A stretch of 64,000 nt of DNA from Acidobacteriota bacterium (GTDB taxonomy: Bacteria; Acidobacteriota; UBA6911; RPQK01; JAJDTT01): NCBI GenBank assembly GCA_965209055.1, contig OZ242374.1:576001-640000 (forward strand), read 5' to 3'. The notes below the pieces were generated by a model. That model was not told the origin of the DNA. It saw only the letters and a list, made by a program, of their open reading frames with translations, and did no database searches. The translations under genes and the position numbers were made by a program. The stretch's first letter is position 1; every line of letters starts with the position of its first letter. Positions 1-7,823 of this stretch are shown here, one piece after another.

Positions 1-120
1 ACCATGACTCGGTGGAGGGAATGCAGGGAGAAGAAAGGGGTGGAGTCAGGGTTACCCAGCTCCGTCCTGTAGCCGAATATCGAGATCATCTAGGCTACCC
101 ATCGAGTAGATTGCACCATC

Positions 121-534
121 TCAAAGTCCTAAGGCAATCAATAGAAATGTCGTTGCTCCAAGCTGCGAAAGTATGAACATGCCCCGGTCGATCCGCTCGA
201 TGATCGTCTCTTGAGGAAAGGTTGCAATACCGACCCCACCACGACCCAGCGTCGCGGTTAGTGCCACGCCGACAGCAATGATCCTGAGCCAATTTCGGGG
301 TCCATTTGGAAATGAACCTAGGAAATATAAAACCACCAATACTATAGTGATCAGGCCAAAAACAGCTGAAAAAGCCCGCCAGAATCGTCGCCGCAGGATA
401 GCTGCACGGTCGTGGAACTAATGAGGTTCCGTTAGCTCCTCCGGGAACCAGCAACCTCCAAGTCGAAAAAATAGTCCGGGAGACCATAGGTAGATGATCA
501 CACCAAGCAGCAGAATTTTGATTCGTTCAACCAT
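121..534 (-). pseudogene. Small membrane protein gene (137 codons) interrupted by an in-frame TAG at 418-420
   Basis: AGGAG RBS then ATG at 534: MVERIKILLLGVIIYLWSPGLFFRLGGCWFPEELTEPH*FHDRAAILRRRFWRAFSAVFGLITIVLVVLYF...LLIALGL, in frame with ORF 121..339; several hydrophobic segments; lower GC than the core genes. Confidence 0.55.
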
Positions 535-846
535 GGATAACGCACTCCTGTCGCTGATTTCCTACGGGCAACAACTCTAGCACCAGTTTGGCGGCGTCTG
601 GTCAGATTCTCTGGTCCGTGTTCCGGCTGGCCTCCTCTTGGGAGCCACACGAGAGCGTTCCCGCTGTTCCCGCAAATTGTGCGGGCCTCAGATCCGGTTC
701 GCACTACTCGCCACAGCGGGGGCAACGGGTGTGGACCCCTTGGTAGCCACAGTGCTGAAAATGACGGGATCACCGCCTTCAAGGACACATCAGAAAATGT
801 GATTTTCTCTCCGGGATGCGCTCACCCGGTTGGGGAAAAAGAGGAG

Positions 847-1173
847 CTAGGGCGCTCCGGTTGGCGGAGAAATTAGGGCATCAGGGGTGTGACTCAGAAT
901 ACGATAAAGTATGCTATGCGGGTCTGTCCGGTAGGGCTGATCGGAGACGAGTAAGGGGTAAAATCCCTCACGCGGCTCGACCCGGAACTCCCGGCATCCG
1001 GCATCGGTTCGCTCGAACTTCATGAGGGTGACCGAGGCGCGGCCTCGCTGGAAGCTTCGATTGCCACAGTTCGGACAGCGGTAAACGCGGCGGTCGCGGA
1101 GCCTCTCCACCGCCTGCTTCCGGAGCGCCTCCAGCCGTTGCTTGTGGATATCAGGGATCCTCATACATCTCAT
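847..1173 (-). CDS. Hypothetical protein with one CxxC knuckle (YRCPNCG)
   Basis: ORF with a charged helical N-terminus and CPNCG; start codon uncertain. Confidence 0.4.
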   Translation of the reverse strand: MRCMRIPDIHKQRLEALRKQAVERLRDRRVYRCPNCGNRSFQRGRASVTLMKFERTDAGCREFRVEPREGFYPLLVSDQPYRTDPHSILYRILSHTPDALISPPTGAP

Positions 1174-1220
1174 CTTGCCCGTCAGGGGTGTCATTTGTCG
1201 CCTTCCCGCAAGGGATATTT

Positions 1221-1321
1221 TGGAAGGGAGCGACCCCCCCAGGGGGTGTTGCGCAGATGTAAATTGCGCAACACCTCCGTGCCCGCACCGGGCAGGAAAA
1301 AGGGGGGGTCGCTCCCGTCCA
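1221..1321. repeat. Nested inverted-repeat element A
   Basis: TGGAAGGGAGCGACCCCCCC (1221-1240) pairs with GGGGGGGTCGCTCCCGTCCA (1302-1321), 1 mismatch; inner hairpins GGTGTTGCGCA/TGCGCAACACC (1245-1275) and TGCCCG/CGGGCA (1280-1294). Confidence 0.85.
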
Positions 1322-1539
1322 CCTCCACTTTCCCCGTGCGGCCACCCGGTGGCCGGAAATGGGGCCGTAACCGCAAGAGGGGCAAGGAGATCGGGGAACT
1401 CGCGCGTGTAAGTGAAATCACTCCCCTGATGTAAGTCGCCCCCGTTGTCTCACTTACACTCCCGGATCGACACCGGGAAGCCCTTTCGCCTCCCCATGAA
1501 CCTCGTCGGTCCGCAGGTGACGCAGCTGTCGCAGGCGCT

Positions 1540-1810
1540 GGAGGCGCTGGGCCTTTCCCGGTGGCTGTTCCCGGGCCGCCACTATGCCGGCCATGCCCAG
1601 GGACGGAGTCGGTACTTCCCCCGCAAGCTCCCCCTGGCCCTGGAGGAAGACCGGGCGACCTTCGTCTACGTCGATCCCGGCCGGGACACCGACTCGGAGT
1701 TGCTCTCGTGGGAGGCGGAGCACACCCGGCTCTTGGCCGCGTTGCGCGCACGGAACCGACCGGTCCACGTCGTCGCGGTGGCCCGCGACGACCTCCGGCG
1801 TGAGCGGGCC
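1540..1810 (+). pseudogene. Truncated internal fragment of a mobile-element-associated hypothetical protein
   Basis: Host-like codon usage only over EALGLSRWLFPGRHY...RYFPRKLPLALEEDRATFVYVDPGRDTDSELLSW...VHVVAVARD; the rest of ORF 1445..1993 is not protein-like; family resemblance is recalled, not verified. Confidence 0.5.
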
Positions 1811-2200
1811 ACCGCCCCTATCCCGCAAAACCGCATCCGTATCGACCAGGGCCGAACCTGTCGGTCCGGATTCCAGCGGAAACCGGGGGAGAGTTGTGGA
1901 GCGCCTGAGGGGGGCCGGGCGCGCCCGGTCCCGGGTGGACCCTGTGGATGTCGTGGATGCACGGGCTGCAAGGAACACGGAAAGTCCCATTGACGGCAAT
2001 GTGGCGGACCGCTCCCGGACCGTGTTCCACCTCCGTCGGTCCTGTCCGTCGAAGTCCCGGGATGTGAAACAGACATGGGGGGGGGTGTTCCACTCTCGGA
2101 GCGGCGAGTTTCACAAGCCCCGTTTCCGCCATCCTGTTGAGCCCCTTCGGGTTGTCCCCGTCCCTCCGGAGGAGGCGCGCCCGGACGGGGAGTCCGGGTA

Positions 2201-2313
2201 GAAGAAGTGAGTGACCCCCCTGTTTTCGTGCCTCGCACGTCACGCAAGCGCTGCCAGTGTTCCACTCCGTTGCACACCGGCGCGGCATGCACGGGGGGGT
2301 CGCTCACTTCTTC
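2201..2313. repeat. Inverted-repeat element B
   Basis: GAAGAAGTGAGTGACCCCCC (2201-2220) pairs with GGGGGGTCGCTCACTTCTTC (2294-2313) with one G-T wobble; same core as element A. Confidence 0.85.
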
Positions 2314-2848
2314 ATTGATCCCTGCGGGAAGGCCACTGCGAAGATGGGGGAAGGGAGAATTCCAGTCTGTCGTGAGAGAATGCGCCGCATGGGAGAGGAC
2401 AACGGAAACTTGCAATGGGAGGCCAAGCAAGCGTCTCAGGCGCTTGTCGATGGTCACCCCGACGGAGCGACCTGTTGCCAACGGTTCCAACTCGATCACC
2501 CGCTTCAGCGCGGGCCTCACCCCACCGTAGGAATCGAGCCGCGTGTGCTGGATCGCTTTCGGAAACGCGAGTAACATCAACTTGGTGATGCAGAGTTCGC
2601 AGACCACAAAACGGACTGCGGCCGTTTGGAGATATCCCCACTCCGGCAGCGCCTCGCGGTGGATCCTGGACAACGTCCAAGGGCCTATCCCGAACCCTTG
2701 GCCCGGCCTCACCAAGCCAACACAGGCGAAATGGCGGGCTTGTTTTTTCGGGAGTTCTCGAAGATTGCGCCTGAGTGGGTTTTAGGCGGCATATCGGCGG
2801 ACAATGGCTTCGCGTAGACCTTCAAGCTGGCGCTCTACGCACGGCGTA

Positions 2849-4072
2849 TCAATGGAGCCGTCCGGCCGCCGGGTCTCGACTCTCGCCAGCCAGGTAGTCC
2901 GCCCAGTCGTCCATAAGTCGGCGCCGGCGTTCGAACAGGTCCGTGCGCCGGTAGGCGGCCTCGACCGGGTTGCGCACCTTGTGCGCCAAAGCCGCCTCCG
3001 CCACTTCGCGCGGATGATCCGTCTCCTCCGCCGCCCAGTCCCGGAAACTCGACCGGAAGCCGTGCGGCACGGCCGCGATCCTCAACCTCCGGAGCAGGCC
3101 CGCTATCGCCGTGTTCCCGACTGGCTTTCCGCGCACACTCGGAAACACGAATGGGCCAACGCCACCGAGCACCCGCGCCTGATCGAGGATCTCCAATGCA
3201 CGACGACTGAGCGGGACCCGGTGCTCCCGATTCCCCTTTGTCCGGCGCGCCGGGATGGTCCACACCCCTTCCTCCCGGTCGATCTCCGTCCAAGCCGCCC
3301 TGCGGACCTCGCCGGAGCGTGTCGCCGTCAGCACCAGGAACTCGAACGCCAGCTTCAACAACGGCCGCGTGTTGGACGCCTGCACCGACTGGATCGCAGC
3401 CTCTACCTCGCGGTGGGGCAACGCCCGCATGTGACGCACAACCTTCCCCTGCGCACCGAGCACCGGGCCGATCCGGTCACAGGGGTTGTCGGGCCGAAGA
3501 TCCATCGCCACGGCCCACTCCAGGACCGCGCGGATGCGCTGGCGCAGCTTGCGGGCGGTGGAGGCCTTCTCGTGCCAGATCGGAGCGAGGATGCCGATCA
3601 GGTCGGCGCTCGTCACCTCCGCAATCGGCATCTCACCGATGCGAGGGAAGGCGTGGTGCTCCAGGCTCCCCAGCCAGAGCCGCGCATGCCGGGGGGAGCG
3701 CCAGCCCGGCCGCAGTTGCTTCCAGACCGTCCGGGTGGCGTCAGCGAAGGTGGGCATCGACTTGGACTCCCGCTTCCCGGCCCGGGGGTCGCCCCCCTCG
3801 CGGGCCAGCTTCCGGTTGGCGAACGCCTTCTCGCGCGCTTCCTTGAGCGAGACGAGGGGGAATCCACCGAGTCCGAGTTCGGCTCGGCGGCCACGGATGG
3901 TGAGACGTTGAATCCAGCCCCGGCTGCCCGTGGGCCGGACGTCGAGATAAAGGCCCTGGCCGTCGCAGTAGCGTCCGGCCTGATTCACGTTGCGGACGAA
4001 GACCGGGGTCAGGGCGTTGAGGGGATGCTGCCCGCGCGGCTTGCGTTTTGGGGGACGTTTCACAAGTGTCAT
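2849..4072 (-). CDS. P4-type tyrosine integrase (arm-binding N-terminal domain + catalytic domain)
   Basis: GRYCDGQGLYLDV...LGLGGFPLVSLKEAR arm-binding domain; catalytic R (ATRSGE), K (RTKG), HGFR, LAH and Y (AAYRR) all present. Confidence 0.95.
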   Translation of the reverse strand: MTLVKRPPKRKPRGQHPLNALTPVFVRNVNQAGRYCDGQGLYLDVRPTGSRGWIQRLTIRGRRAELGLGGFPLVSLKEAREKAFANRKLAREGGDPRAGKRESKSMPTFADATRTVWKQLRPGWRSPRHARLWLGSLEHHAFPRIGEMPIAEVTSADLIGILAPIWHEKASTARKLRQRIRAVLEWAVAMDLRPDNPCDRIGPVLGAQGKVVRHMRALPHREVEAAIQSVQASNTRPLLKLAFEFLVLTATRSGEVRRAAWTEIDREEGVWTIPARRTKGNREHRVPLSRRALEILDQARVLGGVGPFVFPSVRGKPVGNTAIAGLLRRLRIAAVPHGFRSSFRDWAAEETDHPREVAEAALAHKVRNPVEAAYRRTDLFERRRRLMDDWADYLAGESRDPAAGRLH

Positions 4073-4347
4073 ACCCACCACTATACCCCCACAATATCGT
4101 GGATGCAAGGGGATGGAGCGGATCGGTATGGGACATCAGCAGACGTCAGAAATCCTGGTAAGTCACGGATAAACAGACACTTATGTACAGTACTGGACAT
4201 ATCTGGACGCTATATCCGTTCTCACAACTACAGCCCGTCGGACTGCGTTGCGATTCGCTCACATACTCCCGGTATGCTCACGAATCGCGCCTTGTCCGGC
4301 GGGCGCAGGAACGGTCTCGGTGCTCGCGGGACTTTCACCACGGACTG

Positions 4348-5967
4348 CTAAACAATCCCGATGGTGGCGGCGAAGCTGTCCTGGTAGGCCTTCGGGTCCA
4401 CCCGCGCGTCGATCAGAGTGGTGGTGTCAGCAACCAGAGCCTTCTTGAGTTCCGTTTCGTATTCCTCGGGCGTCCGGACCACGACACCGGCCAGACCCGA
4501 GGCCCGGGCCACGGCCGCCAGGTCGATGGGGTGCAGATCCAGCCCGTAGTCCTCCATTCCCCGGCTTTGCTGCCTCGACTTCATGGTGCCCAGCGCGTGG
4601 TCATTCAGGATCACCAGAGGGACCCGGACTCCGGTGCGGGCGAAGACCTCCAACTCCCCCAGCCGCATCAAGGTGCTGCCATCGGCTCCAATGCCCACCA
4701 TGGGTTGTTCGGGCCGGGCCAGTTTGGCCCCCAGGATGGCCGGAAGCATCAGGCCCATGGTGCGTCCGCCGGAAGTGCAGAGATGGCTGCCGGGGCGATC
4801 CACGGGCCAGAGATGATGCAACATCAGGATGAAGATCCCCGTTTCGGAAATCAGAAGGCCGTCATCCGGCAGATGGGTCCGCGTGATCTCGATAATGTCC
4901 TGAGCCGCCAGCCGGGCGTCGCCCGGACGCCGGAACTGCCGCAAAACCTGCTCCCGGGTCTTCGCGATTTGCGACGCCGGAAATCCGGCCTGGGGGGACG
5001 GCGGAAGCAGCCGGCTCAAAGAGGTCTTCAGATCGCCGTCGATCCGGAGGCGGGGACTGGCCGCCAGCGATTCGTACTCTTTCCGCTGGGCCAATTCGAA
5101 GACGGGGGCCGCCGACTCCCACTTCTTGTCCGAAACCAGGCTGTCGCAGCCGACCAGAAGCGCCAAGTCGGCTTGCGGGACCAGCTCTCCCTCCACCGTG
5201 TGGGGAATCTGGTGTCCCACGAAGGTCCCGGCCCACAGGGGATGGGACTCGGGAAAGACTCCGTGGGCGTCCATCTCCACCAGAACCGCGGCTCCCAGGG
5301 ATTCGACCAACGAGTGCAGGAATGCGCAGGCGCCGGCCCGGACCACGTCCTGTCCCGCCAGGACCACCGGTCTTTGGGACTCTGACAACGCCTTCCGGAG
5401 AACTGCGAGCTTCGATTCGTCGGGCTGTGCGGACGGACGATCCTCAAGCGGAGCGAGCGTCCCACCCGGCACGGAAGCCGTCGACAGGTCGGTAGGAACG
5501 TCCAGCAGCACCGGACCCGGACGGCCATCGGACGCCTGGAAAAAGGCGTCGCGAAGACTCTCCCGAGCCGAGTCGAGAGAGACCGTACACTGCGACTTGA
5601 CCACCGAGTCGAAGAGCTTCCCGTGGGAGCACTGGCAGACCAGCTCCAGGTGGCCGGTGGACAATGGACTCCGCTCGCAGCAACAGACGACGGGGACGCG
5701 CTCGAAGTAGGCGTTGACGGCCCCACCCGCCAAGTTCCCGGCTCCGACGCCCTTGACCGCCAGGGCCAGACCCGCCGTCTCTCTCACGAGTCCATAGTAG
5801 GCAGCCATGATGGCCGCCGAGGATTCATGGGCCACCGTGACGAAGTCGAGATCCAGACGCCGCCCCCAATCCATGATGTCCAGGGGCAGCCCGCTTCCCG
5901 GGATGCCGAAGTAGTGGTTCAGGCCCCGTTCCCTGGCTTCCCGGACGATCAGTTCGGACAGCTGCAT
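4348..5967 (-). CDS. Thiamine pyrophosphate-binding enzyme (acetolactate synthase-like family)
   Basis: FGIPG, HESSAAIMA, GRPGPVLLDVP, GADGS-x(n)-ND TPP motif; GGAGG RBS before MQLSE. Confidence 0.9.
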   Translation of the reverse strand: MQLSELIVREARERGLNHYFGIPGSGLPLDIMDWGRRLDLDFVTVAHESSAAIMAAYYGLVRETAGLALAVKGVGAGNLAGGAVNAYFERVPVVCCCERSPLSTGHLELVCQCSHGKLFDSVVKSQCTVSLDSARESLRDAFFQASDGRPGPVLLDVPTDLSTASVPGGTLAPLEDRPSAQPDESKLAVLRKALSESQRPVVLAGQDVVRAGACAFLHSLVESLGAAVLVEMDAHGVFPESHPLWAGTFVGHQIPHTVEGELVPQADLALLVGCDSLVSDKKWESAAPVFELAQRKEYESLAASPRLRIDGDLKTSLSRLLPPSPQAGFPASQIAKTREQVLRQFRRPGDARLAAQDIIEITRTHLPDDGLLISETGIFILMLHHLWPVDRPGSHLCTSGGRTMGLMLPAILGAKLARPEQPMVGIGADGSTLMRLGELEVFARTGVRVPLVILNDHALGTMKSRQQSRGMEDYGLDLHPIDLAAVARASGLAGVVVRTPEEYETELKKALVADTTTLIDARVDPKAYQDSFAATIGIV

Positions 5968-6026
5968 TCTTGCCTCCCTCCGTGTCCCCGGGGTGCATCC
6001 GGATCTACCGCCGGCGCGGGACCTTT

Positions 6027-7226
6027 TTAGCGATGGCCGCGGGCGAGGATCGGCCAGACTTCCACCACCTGATCGCCCCGGGTGCAGTAGATGCGATCGT
6101 AGAGGTTGACCGTGGGGTCGCAGTGGGGGGGATAGAATTCCAGCTTGTCGCCCAGACGAACATCGGCGCCGGCCGCTTCCAGGGTCAGGATGCCGTGTTC
6201 GTCCCCGCCCCATCGAAAGCCCGCGCCTTCGATCCCCACCGGCCGTGGCCCGAAGGCCCGATCGGTGGAAAAGGCCTTGAGCCCGGCATCCAGCGTGGCC
6301 TGTCTGGAGAGGTTCCTGCTGGTGACCGTGGAGAGGACCGTCAGGGCCGGATCGAAGTCATCGTAGACATCGCCCCCTCGGCCACCGATGCGCATGTAAT
6401 CCAGGTCCATGAAAACGTAGGAACCTGCCTGCATCTCGGTGATGCCCTCGATTTCGGAATCGATATTGTAGGTCCCGGTGCTGCAACCGGAGAAGATTTC
6501 CACCGGGAGCCCATCCTTCCGCATCCTGGAGAAGGTCTCCAGTGGAGCGGCCATGGATTCCTGCGAGTGCCGCCGCCGCTCTTCGAAACCGTGGACGTGG
6601 GACGACTTTCCGCAGTAGCAGTGGACCCCTCTCAGATTCAGATTCGAGAGGCGGTCCACGGCCCGGGCCAGACGGAGCGCCGGCTGTCCGGCTTCGACCC
6701 CGGTTCGGAGGTTGGCCGGATCGATGTCCAGCATGATATTGAGGTGCACTCCTCCAGCCACGGCCGCATGGTTCATCTGCTCCGCCTGCCACACATGGTC
6801 GACCACCGCCATGGTGTCGGGATGGCGCCGGGTCAAGCGGACCAGCCGCTGAAATTTGTTGGGGTCCGCCATCTCGGAGGTGATCAGGAGGCCGGTAATG
6901 CCGGCTCGGGCCATGGTCTCGGCTTCGGAGACGGTGGCCGTGGAGATTCCCAGAGCGCCGGCATCCAATTGGCGCCGGGCCACCTCGGGGCACTTGTGGG
7001 TCTTGGAGTGAGGCCGCATTCCGATGGAGCGGCTCGCGGCGTGGCGGGCCATGGACTCGACGTTGGCCTCGAAGAGATCCAGATCCAGCAGCAGGGAGGG
7101 AGTGGGAAGATCGGTCTTGCACACGCCGGAGATCCCCTCGCAGGACTCCAGGCGCGCCTCAATCTCCTCCAAGTTGTACCCTGCAACCCGATCACCGCGA
7201 ACCAACGTCTTCCCGGTGGTGCTCAT
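6027..7226 (-). CDS. DSD1-family PLP enzyme (D-threonine aldolase/D-serine dehydratase-like)
   Basis: LPTPSLLLD, RPHSKTHK (PLP lysine), EMQAGSYVFMD, DEHG, HCDPTVNLYD. Confidence 0.92.
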   Translation of the reverse strand: MSTTGKTLVRGDRVAGYNLEEIEARLESCEGISGVCKTDLPTPSLLLDLDLFEANVESMARHAASRSIGMRPHSKTHKCPEVARRQLDAGALGISTATVSEAETMARAGITGLLITSEMADPNKFQRLVRLTRRHPDTMAVVDHVWQAEQMNHAAVAGGVHLNIMLDIDPANLRTGVEAGQPALRLARAVDRLSNLNLRGVHCYCGKSSHVHGFEERRRHSQESMAAPLETFSRMRKDGLPVEIFSGCSTGTYNIDSEIEGITEMQAGSYVFMDLDYMRIGGRGGDVYDDFDPALTVLSTVTSRNLSRQATLDAGLKAFSTDRAFGPRPVGIEGAGFRWGGDEHGILTLEAAGADVRLGDKLEFYPPHCDPTVNLYDRIYCTRGDQVVEVWPILARGHR

Positions 7227-7416
7227 GGCCTCCTTCCTCTCATTCCACAAGTAAAAAACGCCTTCATACTATGCGCTGGGCCGAAGGCAGTTCAAATGAC
7301 CGAAATCCCCGCCGGCGACGGCAAACCGGGCCAGCGGGATTATTATCGCCCATCACCCTGGCGAGCATTCGCTCCCCAGCCGGGACAAGGGCGGCAGTGT
7401 AGACTGGGTTTGGAAT

Positions 7417-7767
7417 ATGCTGGCACGGCTGTTGATCTGCGTTGCGCTCCTGCTCGTCGTGGAGGCGGCCACCGTCACCGCCTACTGCGGTCTTCTTTTC
7501 GGATGCGGGTGCACGCTCATGGAGGGGATGGCCTCCTGCAACGTGCATCACCTCCAGGGACCCTGGTGCCCCTGGTGCAGCCAGGGGAAGCTCGGATTCT
7601 ATGCTCCCTTTGCAGGGATGACCGCCGGAGCGATCGCCGGCGCCTGGTGGGGTCTCAGGCTTCGGTCCCGCCTCTGGGCCGGACTCCTGGCCGGATTGGC
7701 CGGTTACCTGGCGGCGGGCGCCGTCGCGGCATGGATCTCGGCCCGTATCCAAGGCTATCCGCTGTGA
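7417..7767 (+). CDS. Small Cys-rich membrane protein
   Basis: Three hydrophobic helices; loop CGLLFGCGC-x8-CNVHH-x5-CPWC. Confidence 0.7.
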   Translation: MLARLLICVALLLVVEAATVTAYCGLLFGCGCTLMEGMASCNVHHLQGPWCPWCSQGKLGFYAPFAGMTAGAIAGAWWGLRLRSRLWAGLLAGLAGYLAAGAVAAWISARIQGYPL

Positions 7768-7823
7768 GCGGGACGGTCCGCCGACTGGAATTGCAAACCG
7801 GCCGCCGCATCCGTAGGGTCCCA

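Larger units (their letters stand above)
1..4230. mobile_element. Right end of an integrative element/genomic island, partly decayed; left end probably outside the window
   Basis: Integrase at the boundary, transcribed into the element; atypical composition and fragmentary ORFs to its left; AT-richer att-like leader 4073-4230 with ATACCCACCA/ATACCCCCA direct repeats. Confidence 0.7.

Noticed and set aside
418-420. Amber recoding (alternative genetic code) in the island
   Set aside because: Only one case; TAG serves as a normal stop for many genes in the window
2207-2817. Overlapping ORFs downstream of the integrase as excisionase or cargo
   Set aside because: No recognisable motif, RBS or consistent codon bias in any frame
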